Below, in pieces: positions 1-9,177 of a stretch of 40,150 nucleotides of DNA (its first letter is position 1; each line of letters starts with the position of its first letter). Made by a program: the position numbers and the translations under genes. The DNA comes from Patescibacteria group bacterium (GTDB lineage Bacteria > Patescibacteriota > Minisyncoccia > Phycocordibacterales > EsbW-18). The notes under the pieces are model-generated. The model saw only the letters and a program-made list of their open reading frames with translations, had not been told where the DNA came from and did not search any database. The DNA lies in assembly GCA_030917725.1 (NCBI GenBank), contig JAUPUE010000034.1, forward strand, positions 1-40,150, given 5' to 3'.

Positions 1-2
1 CA

Positions 3-2012
3 TTGTTCGATGAGGCCGCATCGAAACTGAGTCAGATTCCTTCGGAGTGGGGTGCTGAGAGCGCGACCCGAGCACAGAAGGCCGAATACGAAAAGACCAG
101 GAAGGAATATGACACGCTTCGAGCGAGGGTCTTGTTCATGAAACAAGCTCAGACGGGGAACGATGTTGAGAGTATGTTGTGGATGAACGGGGTCGACGAG
201 CGTGTGCGATTCGATCAACTCATCTCGACGAGTCCCAGGGTAGCCGAGGAGATGCAGAGTATCCAAAACCCGAAGCTGTGGACGAAGATCATCCAGAATG
301 TCGGTGGTACGGAACGCCTCGGGTACTTCGTTGGTGGTGGCGTCACTCGAGCACTTACGGTATCTCTGTTTGGAATGGTCGGAGCACCGGTGCTTGCAGG
401 TCTTATTGGTGGTTGGCAGGCCCGCAAACGCGCTCAAGGTGCTCTGCGCGAAAGTGATCAACTCGCACGTCGCGGTGTTAAAGACACGAAAGCAACCGCT
501 CTCAACATGCTCGACGTGACGAAGAACAAGACTGCTGCAAAGCTCGAAAAGCTCGCTCAGCAGGTTGTTCAAGAGACCGACCCAGCAGAGCGAGGAAAGC
601 TCATTGCAAGCCTTCGTGAACGCATCAAATACACCCAAGAGAAGCTTGAGAGTGGCAAACTGAACTTCGGCACATTTTCTGAGCGTATCAAAAATCAGCT
701 TGATCTCAGTCAGGCACTGGGACATGCATCAGTTGTGGCTTTTGAGAATGCTGCTGACACAGATGCGGACCATGAAGCGCGGCTTTCGAAAGAGCTTGAT
801 CAGTATCTCGATTCGCGCCAGGGTGCCATTGCGGGAGAACGTGCTGATGCGGTGTGGGAGGCGACTAAGAAGGGTGCAAAGATAAGCGCCGGCTTCGGCC
901 TTGCAGGTTATTTGGTGAGCAACTTTATGCATGGCGGTAACACCGTCGACGGGCTCTTTGATTCAAAAACGGCTGATGTGGCACACCAGGGAGCTGGGGG
1001 AGGTACTCCTACGATGCCTGAAGGTGGAGAGTCGACTGTTGATGTCGTGTCGGCTCACGGACCCGGCTCAGGTGCCGCAGGGGCACAAGAACTCGCAGCG
1101 GCACAGGCAGAAAAGACTGCCGAGAGCACAGCAACGGTTCTTGAGATAGGGAATCGTGGTCCAGAAGGCTCGCTCATCAAGTATTTCACCGAACACAAAG
1201 ATATCGCAACGAAGTTTGATTGGGATGGTAAAGAGGATATCAAGGTGTGGGCGGGTAAAAAGGCTCACATGCTTTGGCGCGACCATGCTGTGGAAGCGCT
1301 CAAAACCGACGAGGTTAAAGCTTCGCTCACGGAGCTCGGTTATACCAACGATCTCGAGGGATACACCAAGATGATGACGCGCATCAAGTCGGGCGGCGTC
1401 GCTCTCGATATCGAACATAAGGGCGTAACGCTTTCGGGCATGGAGTATCTTGATAACGCACGATCAGTCGCTCCCGCAAGCGGAGAGCTCATAGAAAAGA
1501 TGGACTTTGAACCTGCTCCTTTTGAGGGCGCCCAGTCAGCAGTTTCTGTGGAATCAGGTGTTGCGTCTGGAGCGGATATCGAGGCTTCACCCGACGCCAC
1601 CGAAAGTGAATCAGCTCAAGGAGGAGTCGATGATAGCCAACTATGGAAGACGCGAGAGCCCGCTCTCCACGCAGAGCCCATAGATGAATCTCAGGTTCTT
1701 GATACGAGAGGTATGAGCGTTCCCGAAGCCGTTGTCGAGCGTATGAACCACGATCTGACAGAAGTCCTTGGTCCGGAAGATAAAGGAAAAGAAGTCTGGG
1801 ACAAGTACAGCATTTTGGGGGCTCGTCGGTTCCAAAATCTTTCTCTTGATCCAGGGCAGGATCCTGATGCAGCGCGGTTACAGGACTATCTCAAAAATCT
1901 CGAGACTCGCTCAGGCGTTCGCCCTCGTGCCCGTATCTTTTGGTTCAATCAGACAGTCGATGAATATATTCGTCTTGCGCTGAAGACCATCGAACAGAAG
2001 AGCCGATCATAA
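3..2012 (+). CDS. large hypothetical protein, 5'-truncated at the window edge; one Gly-rich hydrophobic segment
   Basis: Long ORF open at the window start. Hydrophobic stretch LGYFVGGGVTRALTVSLFGMVGAPVLAGLIGGW, then charged/coiled regions. No recognisable catalytic motif. Confidence 0.6.
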   Translation: MFDEAASKLSQIPSEWGAESATRAQKAEYEKTRKEYDTLRARVLFMKQAQTGNDVESMLWMNGVDERVRFDQLISTSPRVAEEMQSIQNPKLWTKIIQNVGGTERLGYFVGGGVTRALTVSLFGMVGAPVLAGLIGGWQARKRAQGALRESDQLARRGVKDTKATALNMLDVTKNKTAAKLEKLAQQVVQETDPAERGKLIASLRERIKYTQEKLESGKLNFGTFSERIKNQLDLSQALGHASVVAFENAADTDADHEARLSKELDQYLDSRQGAIAGERADAVWEATKKGAKISAGFGLAGYLVSNFMHGGNTVDGLFDSKTADVAHQGAGGGTPTMPEGGESTVDVVSAHGPGSGAAGAQELAAAQAEKTAESTATVLEIGNRGPEGSLIKYFTEHKDIATKFDWDGKEDIKVWAGKKAHMLWRDHAVEALKTDEVKASLTELGYTNDLEGYTKMMTRIKSGGVALDIEHKGVTLSGMEYLDNARSVAPASGELIEKMDFEPAPFEGAQSAVSVESGVASGADIEASPDATESESAQGGVDDSQLWKTREPALHAEPIDESQVLDTRGMSVPEAVVERMNHDLTEVLGPEDKGKEVWDKYSILGARRFQNLSLDPGQDPDAARLQDYLKNLETRSGVRPRARIFWFNQTVDEYIRLALKTIEQKSRS

Positions 2013-2048
2013 GAGCTCCGCAGCCACCCCTTCTCAAATCGTGGTCGT

Positions 2049-2126
2049 ACTTTCGCTGCGTGGTCCGTGTTTTGTCCTCGCAGGCTCGGAAAAACCCGGA
2101 TCCACTTCGCTCTGCGCCATAGATTT
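2049..2126 (+). repeat. left copy of a 78-bp inverted repeat (partner at 8784..8861)
   Basis: actttcgctgcgtggtccgtgttttgtcctcgcaggctcggaaaaacccggatccacttcgctctgcgccatagattt equals the reverse complement of 8784..8861 with 2 mismatches. Weaker similarity continues ~15 nt outward. Confidence 0.9.
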
Positions 2127-2180
2127 TGAATCTGTGTTTAGAAGCTAATCGCCAATCGCTAAAAGCTGTATACTGTTCCC

Positions 2181-4907
2181 ATGGAACGCTTCTCAGTCAC
2201 CCCCGAAGCACAGCTGCGAACACCGCAGGAAGAACTCACGTTTTTGCGTGAGCGGCTCAAGACGCTCGAGAATGATCTCATCGAGAAACAAGAATCGCAT
2301 GAGCATGTTGTACATGAGGTTGTTAAGACCTACGCACAGCACGAGCCCAACAAAGTGCTCGCAAAAGGTCACGAGATGCTCAAGACTGAAGTCGATGCAA
2401 TTGTTCTCGACCTCGTGCCGGAGGCTCACGATGCTCAAATGGCCGAGCTTCTCACGATTCTCCAAGAGCGTGGTGTAAAGAACGCACTTTCTGTTGTCGA
2501 AAAACTCGGTGATCTTCACATCCAAGACGACTTCCACCGATTCTTGGCCGAATACATCAAGGCTGGTTACCGTGCACAGGGGATTAAAGAGCAGGGTCCG
2601 CTCTGGAAAGCACTTACGATGACGCTCTTCGAAGTGTCGTTGCCATTCTCTGACAAAGACGCGAAGGAGCGCCCACTCAAAGAGATGATCTCATCGATGG
2701 AACAGCTCTATGCTGGTTTGGGTTCCATTGCTTCTGGATCTGACCCTGATGTCTTCACCTTTGAAATCGCGGTTTCCGGTACGGGGGAAGAGGCGACGGT
2801 CTACTGTGCGGTGCCGACCGCCAAGCGGGAGCTTTTTGAAAAGCAGCTTCTTTCGGTTTTTCCACGAGCACATTTGGTTGAGACTAAGAACGACTACAAC
2901 ATCTTTTCATCAAAAGACGCTGGTACCGCAGCTTCGGTGGCCAAGTTCACCCGTGAGAGCGCGTATCCTCTCAAGACATACGAGCAGTTTGATTTTGACC
3001 CGATGAACATCACGCTCTCTGCTTTTGCAAAGCTCGCACACACTGGCGAGGGTGCAGCGTTGCAGCTCATTGTGCGTCCGGTGGGTGATAGCTACGTCAA
3101 ACGATATGGAAAGGCAATCGACAAGCTCCGCAAAGGAGAGAAGGCCAAAGAAGTACTCGCCGATGAATCAATCGTCAAAGATATTGCTATTGGCTTCAAA
3201 GATTTTTTCATAACAAAGAAAAAGGATGATAAGCCTGAGGAGAAAATTGTCGACGAGCGCGCGGTTGAGGCAGTAACAACGAAGATTGCATACCCAATTG
3301 TCGAAACCAATCTCCGCCTTGTCGTTTCGGCTGACACTCAAGCACGCGCCGAAGCCATTCTCGATAACCTCCAAGCAACATTCAACCAGTTTGAGCTCTC
3401 AACTGGTAACAGCTTTAAGTTTAACCGTATGAAGAAGGGGGGCTTGAACAGCTTCGTCAAAAATTATACCTTCCGTCTCTTCGAATCGGGCGAGACGTTG
3501 CCGCTTAACCTTCGTGAACTTTCGACAATCTTCCATTTACCATCGGGCAATGTCGATTCATCACGCGAGCTCAAGCGCGCCAAGTCCATGAGTGTTCCTG
3601 CACCCGTTGGTTTGCCAACCGAGGGTGTTTTGTTGGGCATGAACATCCATGGCAACGTTCAAACACCTATTCATATGACGGATGGCGATCGTTTGCGCCA
3701 CTTCTACTGTGTGGGACAAACCGGTGTCGGAAAGACGACAATCCTCAAGCAGATGATTATCCAAGACATCAAAAATGGAGATGGTGTCTGTATGATTGAC
3801 CCGCACGGGTCGGACCTCATGGAGGTGCTCGCTAATATTCCACCCGAGCGTGCGGACGATGTTATTTACTTTGATCCCGCATACACCGACCGACCGATGG
3901 GTCTCAACATGCTTGAGTATGATGTGACCAAGCCTGAGCAGAAGACGTTTATCGTCAACGAACTCTTCAGCATCTTCCAAAAGCTGTATGGTGCGAACCC
4001 TGAGAGTATGGGTCCGATGTTCGAGCAATATTTCCGTAACTCAACAATGCTCGTCATTGAAGACCCAGAGACCGGCAACACACTTTCGGACGTTGGTCGT
4101 GTCATGACCGACAAAGCCTTTCGTGACCTCAAGCTTTCACGTTGTAAAAACCCCATCGTTGTGCAGTTTTGGCGTGAGGTTGCCGAAAAGGCCGGGGGAG
4201 ATGCGGCGCTCGCGAACATCGTTCCGTACATTACCTCGAAGTTTGACGTGTTCTTGGCTAATGACATCATGCGGCCAATCATCACCCAAAAGAAATCTGC
4301 GTTCGATTTCCGCGACATCATGGACAATCGCAAGATTCTTTTGGTAAATCTCTCAAAGGGCCGCCTCGGAGAAATCAATGCGAGCCTCATTGGTCTCATC
4401 ATTGTCGGCAAGATTCTCATGGCGGCACTGTCGCGTGTCGGGATGTCCTCGGATGACATGCATCCGTTCTATCTCTACATCGATGAGTTCCAGAACATCA
4501 GTACCGATTCGGTTGCACAAATCTTGTCTGAGGCGCGTAAGTACAAGCTGAGCCTCAATATGTTCCATCAGTACATCAAGCAGTTGAGTGACACCATCAA
4601 AGATGCTGTGTTTGGCAACGTGGGAACGATGTGTGCGTATCGTGTTGGTTTTGAAGACGCCGAATTTCTCGAAAAGCAGTTCAGCCCCGCCGTTTCGGCA
4701 TATGACCTTATGAACGTCGACAACTTTAATGCCTTTATCAAAATGCTTGTGCGCAACAAAGCCGAGCGTCCCTTCTCAATCTATGTCCCCAAACCAGATG
4801 CTGGGGATCCGATGATGATTGAAAAATTGAAAGAGCTGTCCTATCTCAAATTTGGCAAGCCACGCGAGGAGATTGAAGAAGAACTCCGAAAGACATACGG
4901 GATGTAG
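2181..4907 (+). CDS. VirD4/TraD-like type IV coupling-protein-family P-loop ATPase with ~500-aa uncharacterised N-terminal region
   Basis: 908-aa ORF. Walker A FYCVGQTGVGKTT, MIDPHGSD, Walker B-like FYLYIDEFQN. TATACT at 2169-2174 lies 6 nt before the ATG. Confidence 0.7.
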   Translation: MERFSVTPEAQLRTPQEELTFLRERLKTLENDLIEKQESHEHVVHEVVKTYAQHEPNKVLAKGHEMLKTEVDAIVLDLVPEAHDAQMAELLTILQERGVKNALSVVEKLGDLHIQDDFHRFLAEYIKAGYRAQGIKEQGPLWKALTMTLFEVSLPFSDKDAKERPLKEMISSMEQLYAGLGSIASGSDPDVFTFEIAVSGTGEEATVYCAVPTAKRELFEKQLLSVFPRAHLVETKNDYNIFSSKDAGTAASVAKFTRESAYPLKTYEQFDFDPMNITLSAFAKLAHTGEGAALQLIVRPVGDSYVKRYGKAIDKLRKGEKAKEVLADESIVKDIAIGFKDFFITKKKDDKPEEKIVDERAVEAVTTKIAYPIVETNLRLVVSADTQARAEAILDNLQATFNQFELSTGNSFKFNRMKKGGLNSFVKNYTFRLFESGETLPLNLRELSTIFHLPSGNVDSSRELKRAKSMSVPAPVGLPTEGVLLGMNIHGNVQTPIHMTDGDRLRHFYCVGQTGVGKTTILKQMIIQDIKNGDGVCMIDPHGSDLMEVLANIPPERADDVIYFDPAYTDRPMGLNMLEYDVTKPEQKTFIVNELFSIFQKLYGANPESMGPMFEQYFRNSTMLVIEDPETGNTLSDVGRVMTDKAFRDLKLSRCKNPIVVQFWREVAEKAGGDAALANIVPYITSKFDVFLANDIMRPIITQKKSAFDFRDIMDNRKILLVNLSKGRLGEINASLIGLIIVGKILMAALSRVGMSSDDMHPFYLYIDEFQNISTDSVAQILSEARKYKLSLNMFHQYIKQLSDTIKDAVFGNVGTMCAYRVGFEDAEFLEKQFSPAVSAYDLMNVDNFNAFIKMLVRNKAERPFSIYVPKPDAGDPMMIEKLKELSYLKFGKPREEIEEELRKTYGM

Positions 4908-4916
4908 GGCAAAATA

Positions 4917-4945
4917 AAAACAACGACCGAAATCGTTGTTTTATT
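4917..4945. terminator. rho-independent terminator hairpin
   Basis: aaaacaacga-ccgaaa-tcgttgtttt followed by T-rich tail, between convergent genes. Confidence 0.7.
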
Positions 4946-4973
4946 GTAAGACGCCCCTCCTAGGCCCTCGTTT

Positions 4974-5237
4974 TTAGACGTTCCCCTCGGAAGGTTCAAT
5001 AACTCCTTCAGTTTCTGACATGTCGGGTTTCTTGCCAGCAGAACTTTCTTGTTCAGTTCGTCTAGCTTCTTCCTCGGCTTCCATCTCAGCTCCTGTGGTT
5101 TTATCAAAGTTCTCGACCTCTTTCCGTATTTCTGGGTTAGTACGCATTTTTTCAGCCCATGCAGCAGCATCTTTTTCGTCGTTCCTCATCCGTTCCTCCT
5201 CCAAATCCTCAGGAGTTCTGTGTGACATTCCTTCCAT
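4974..5237 (-). CDS. small acidic hypothetical protein (87 aa)
   Basis: ORF rich in E/K. TATTCT -10-like box lies exactly 6 nt upstream of the ATG on the minus strand. Confidence 0.5.
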   Translation of the reverse strand: MEGMSHRTPEDLEEERMRNDEKDAAAWAEKMRTNPEIRKEVENFDKTTGAEMEAEEEARRTEQESSAGKKPDMSETEGVIEPSEGNV

Positions 5238-5416
5238 ATATGTAGAATATGATTACTTTCAATACCCAAAGAATATCAATAATCCATTTAGTATCCAAAT
5301 AACCCCAAGGGTGCTTGTTCTGCGACATATATCTAGGATTTGTACATGGTTTTTATAGGGGGGTTATTTAGAGTAAGCTTTAGGGGATATTATTTCAGAC
5401 TATCTTAGTTATCTAT

Positions 5417-5896
5417 ATGAACTTCGAATCAGCGCCACAAGAGCCAACATCAGAACGATTTGGAACAAAAAAAGAAGAGTGGATGAACCGTTTAGGAAAA
5501 CAACCGTCCGGTGAGTTACCAAAGACAGAACAAGACTGGACAATCGATCCAGAGGCGTTAATGGAACAACAAGAAGAAGAAAAGAAACTAGCAGCACGAA
5601 TTGAAGAGTATTTTGCAAAAGAAGGAACTTCTAAAGAGGAGGTATATAGAATAGTTTCCAAAATGTTACAAGGCTGGGTCGGTATACACGATGGGTTCCC
5701 ATATCTTGTAGTAGAAGGAGAGGGGACTGAGGCTTACGAAAAAAATAGGCCGCTTCCTCCTGAGATGACGCAGACTATCTACAGAGCACTCATAAGGGTG
5801 CAAGAAAAAACAGAATCTCCACTCGGGGCTGCTGAAGATTTGTTTGAGCGAGATTTGAAAGATGAAAACAGATTTGGAGGGGAGGAGTCTAAATAA
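5417..5896 (+). CDS. hypothetical acidic protein with MNFESAP N-terminus
   Basis: 159-aa ORF in a visibly AT-rich island. Its N-terminal codons are shared with the 5923 gene (ATG AAx TTy GAA TCA GCx CCA). Confidence 0.6.
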   Translation: MNFESAPQEPTSERFGTKKEEWMNRLGKQPSGELPKTEQDWTIDPEALMEQQEEEKKLAARIEEYFAKEGTSKEEVYRIVSKMLQGWVGIHDGFPYLVVEGEGTEAYEKNRPLPPEMTQTIYRALIRVQEKTESPLGAAEDLFERDLKDENRFGGEESK

Positions 5897-5922
5897 GTCC
5901 ATAGCTTAAAAACTTTAGATAT

Positions 5923-7332
5923 ATGAAATTTGAATCAGCACCAGAGGAAAAAGAACCAACGAAGGAAATTCCTAAGCAGGAAACTACCGTGGAGGACATT
6001 GAGAAAGAGGTTGTAGGTGTAGATTCTGAGAAAAACAGAGCGGAACGTTTAGTCATTCTTCGGCAGAAGCAAATCGAGTTAAAAAAGGTAATGGAAATAC
6101 TCGATGAGAGTTTCCTCAGAGAGGATAAGGGGGAGGAACATGAAAAAAAGAAAGTAAACGGTGCTGAGACGTCGTTTTATATTAAAACCAAACTTCTTCC
6201 TGAGATGATCGCGTGGACCTTAAAAAGGGAAAAGGAAGGAAAAGATATCGATTTTCTTGAATATGTTCAAGAAGAGGACCTCTCCGACTTGGATCTGGAC
6301 ATCATCATCAAAGAAATAGATCGATACAACAATCGGAAAGAGGCGGTTCCAATGAAACAGGAAGCAATGCTGGCAAAAGCAGCTTTGTGCAACGATTTAA
6401 GGTCTGATGCGCATATGATTCTTGCGGAAATCGGAAATATCGATCCAGTCATGAAGGAGATAAAATTGGGACAACTAAAGGAGGATTTTGACGAGTGGTT
6501 CGATCGATTTTTCGAGAGACTGGAAGTAAAAATTGAATTGTGGCAAGAAGGCGTGCCCTTTTTGAATGTGATTTTTGAAAAGTTTTGGGATGGTCAGGGT
6601 ACGATTGATAAGATGTTCGCCAAGCTAAGTAAAAAGAGAATGGGTCTCATCAAGCACACATTCATGTTACGCGGTCTCGCTAGAAGAATTGAAATGGTGG
6701 TGGATTTTGCTGATAAGAGTGACAACGCAGAGGAAGTTAGACACTACGCCGCCGAGGCTAAGGGGTACACCAAGCTGATGGTTGAATGGAATAATGAATA
6801 TCGACGTTTACATAGATCCTCCACAAACTCAAATATTGATGGGGCATATGATGGGATTGTAGAGGGGGCCAACAAACTGGATGAATTAGCAATCATGGAG
6901 ATTTATCCAGACCAAGAAGGAGGGCGTGGTTACCGTAAATCACCCGAATTACCTCTAGGCCTAGATAAAAGAAAAAAGGAAATTTGTGGTTCCTTGTTGG
7001 TACAAATTAGAGAACACTACGATAAACGTTCTGGCATCGAAACACGGTTTGGTTTGAATGTTGGCGAAGACGAAAAACGCAGAATACGTCGGATGTTGGA
7101 GAATGAAGCTACAGATTTTTCAAAACTGGTGACGGAGATAAGTGATGAAAATAAAATCGACAGTCTATCTGAGGAAATTAACTTATTAAAATACTCTGCA
7201 CACCAAAAAAGACTTATTTTAAGGGAAATTTCTGAACTTGATCAATTAATTTTAGATGCAAAAAGTGGATCTGTCGTGAAAACAGCGCAGGAGAAACCCG
7301 GAATTGAAGAACCCGAAGCGCAGGCAGCATAA
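5923..7332 (+). CDS. hypothetical E/K-rich, probably coiled-coil protein with MKFESAP N-terminus
   Basis: 469-aa ORF, AT-rich, heavy E/K/L content. No recognisable enzymatic motif. Confidence 0.6.
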   Translation: MKFESAPEEKEPTKEIPKQETTVEDIEKEVVGVDSEKNRAERLVILRQKQIELKKVMEILDESFLREDKGEEHEKKKVNGAETSFYIKTKLLPEMIAWTLKREKEGKDIDFLEYVQEEDLSDLDLDIIIKEIDRYNNRKEAVPMKQEAMLAKAALCNDLRSDAHMILAEIGNIDPVMKEIKLGQLKEDFDEWFDRFFERLEVKIELWQEGVPFLNVIFEKFWDGQGTIDKMFAKLSKKRMGLIKHTFMLRGLARRIEMVVDFADKSDNAEEVRHYAAEAKGYTKLMVEWNNEYRRLHRSSTNSNIDGAYDGIVEGANKLDELAIMEIYPDQEGGRGYRKSPELPLGLDKRKKEICGSLLVQIREHYDKRSGIETRFGLNVGEDEKRRIRRMLENEATDFSKLVTEISDENKIDSLSEEINLLKYSAHQKRLILREISELDQLILDAKSGSVVKTAQEKPGIEEPEAQAA

Positions 7333-7345
7333 GACTGCTTAACAT

Positions 7346-8128
7346 ATGAGTTCACACGAATCTGGGCAACAAGAGGGTCAGCCTGAACCTGCAGAAAATA
7401 GGGAGGGAGTTCCTGGCGAAGACTACTCGAAAGAATTCGAGCGTAGGATGCTTGTGGTTGAGTCCGTCGATCCAAAGACCTACACGGCAGAGATGCGGGA
7501 CGAAGACCTCAAATATTTGGATGAATGGTTTCGGTATGAACTCGGGAGACATAAGATGTTGTTGAAACAACACGCGGAGGAACTGAGAAAAAAGACACGA
7601 GAAAGTTCAGGGGATGCTGTTGCGCGGCAAGAGGTTATGGAATGGACTCAAGAAACACTTGAGGGGCTTAATGAAGCGCTTAATTCGAAGAAAAAAGAAA
7701 TCTGGAGTTTAAAGGATAGAGTTTTACAAACCTTCCTATATAAAAACACCCCAAAAGAAGAGGGAAAGAAGGAAGAGAAACCAAATAATGAAAAAGAAGG
7801 TGAAGTGGATAGTGCGCAAATAGAACAATCTGTCCTAGACAGCTTCAGTATTACCAGTGGAGAATACAAGATTATTCTTGAGAGTATTAGCACACTGAAT
7901 AATGCTGATTTTCGACGATTACTTACAAATGTGATGGAAGTTGAAACGGCAGGTGCAAAAGAAGTGAGAGATGCGTATTTGGAACTTACGCGAGAACTCC
8001 ATCCAGATACGGCGAAGACACACCTTGAGAGGGAGATTAAAGGCGCAAAGATACAGGTGGTCAATAATATGTATCAGGAGTACAAAAGACGTTTTGGAAA
8101 AGAGGGGAGTTTTGTTACGTGGGAATAA
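7346..8128 (+). CDS. hypothetical protein with C-terminal J-domain-like module (HPD motif)
   Basis: C-terminus AKEVRDAYLELTRELHPDTAKTHLEREIKGAKIQVVNNMYQEYKRRFG matches the helix II - HPD - helix III layout of DnaJ J domains. Confidence 0.6.
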   Translation: MSSHESGQQEGQPEPAENREGVPGEDYSKEFERRMLVVESVDPKTYTAEMRDEDLKYLDEWFRYELGRHKMLLKQHAEELRKKTRESSGDAVARQEVMEWTQETLEGLNEALNSKKKEIWSLKDRVLQTFLYKNTPKEEGKKEEKPNNEKEGEVDSAQIEQSVLDSFSITSGEYKIILESISTLNNADFRRLLTNVMEVETAGAKEVRDAYLELTRELHPDTAKTHLEREIKGAKIQVVNNMYQEYKRRFGKEGSFVTWE

Positions 8129-8185
8129 AATCAAGAATCCATCATTGGTTGTTGGTCATTGGTTTTTCTGGTACGATGCCCTCGT

Positions 8186-8770
8186 ATGAAAAACCCAAAA
8201 GAAGAACTCACGTATCTCATGATTAAGCCAGATGGCGTCCGTAAGGGCCTCATCGGAGAGATTATCCGCCGTCTCGAACAGCGGGATCTCAAAATCGTCG
8301 CACTCGAGATGTTCCAGCCGACGCTCGAACAGATTGACGAACATTATCCAAAAGATGAGACATGGATTGCACGCCTCGGTCAAAAGACCTTTAAGACGTG
8401 TGAGAAGTACAACGTTAGCCCTAAGGACGAATTTGGCACCGACAACGAACTCGAGATGGGGAAGTTGGTCCGCGGATGGCTTGTGAATTACATGGTCTCT
8501 GCGCCGCTCGTCAAAATGATTGTGCAGGGTACCCACGCGGTTGATATGGTCCGCAAGATTGTTGGTCCAACGCTTCCAAACCTCGCCGAGATGGGAACAA
8601 TCCGTGGTGATTTCTCAGTAGACTCTCCACTTATCGCAAATGCCGAGCACCGTGCGGTCATGAACCTTGCCCACGCATCAGAAACACCCGAAGAAGCTGC
8701 TCACGAAATCGAACACTGGTTTGGCAAGGATGCAGTTCACGCATACAAGCGCTTTGGAGTGGACGAATAG
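8186..8770 (+). CDS. ndk: nucleoside diphosphate kinase (long form with internal insertions)
   Basis: LTYLMIKPDGVRKGLIGEIIRRLE, TIRGDF and NLAHAS (active-site His) motifs. Start moved to MKNPKEEL at 8186. Confidence 0.85.
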   Translation: MKNPKEELTYLMIKPDGVRKGLIGEIIRRLEQRDLKIVALEMFQPTLEQIDEHYPKDETWIARLGQKTFKTCEKYNVSPKDEFGTDNELEMGKLVRGWLVNYMVSAPLVKMIVQGTHAVDMVRKIVGPTLPNLAEMGTIRGDFSVDSPLIANAEHRAVMNLAHASETPEEAAHEIEHWFGKDAVHAYKRFGVDE

Positions 8771-8783
8771 GCCACTGAACTCC

Positions 8784-8861
8784 AAATCTATGGCGCAGAG
8801 CGGAGTGGATCCGGGTTTTTCCGAGCTTGCGAGGACAAAACACGGACCACGCAGCGAAAGT
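8784..8861 (-). repeat. right copy of the 78-bp inverted repeat (partner at 2049..2126)
   Basis: Reverse complement matches 2049..2126 at 76 of 78 positions. Lies just after the ndk stop. Confidence 0.9.
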
Positions 8862-8926
8862 CATACCAAGATTCGTTAAAAACAAACGATTTCTTGATTT
8901 GAAGAGCCTGTCGCGAAATAGAATCC

Positions 8927-8957
8927 AAAAAACCCTCCGCTACACGGAGGATTTTTT
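8927..8957. terminator. bidirectional rho-independent terminator
   Basis: aaaaaa-cctccg-ctaca-cggagg-atttttt. Confidence 0.7.
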
Positions 8958-9177
8958 GATGCCGGTTTACATTTCATCCCACACGTATCGTGAAGAGGGT
9001 CTTTTCTTGAATTGTCCTGTGCAAGGTCTACCATTGTGGCAGGGTCGTCTCGGGCAATATCTAGATCAAGTAGATTTTTCCGGGAATCCGAATTGCCCGT
9101 CCTCCGTGGAGGATAAGCTGAGGATACCCACCTAGCTCACGCTAGGTATCACGTCTGAGATGACCCCACCAAAGAAC
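8958..9177 (+). other. structured ORF-poor intergenic region bounded by two terminators; candidate small RNA or leader
   Basis: Nested stems: cgggcaat...attgcccg; cctc-cgtg-gagg; gata..cctagc-tcac-gctagg-tatc. Only a weak 59-codon ORF is present. Confidence 0.25.

Noticed and set aside
8658-9135. ORFs 8658..8885(-), 8667..8879(+), 8827..9135(+)
   Set aside because: They run through the 78-bp inverted repeat and terminators. The two repeat copies differ by changes that would be non-synonymous, and no start context exists.
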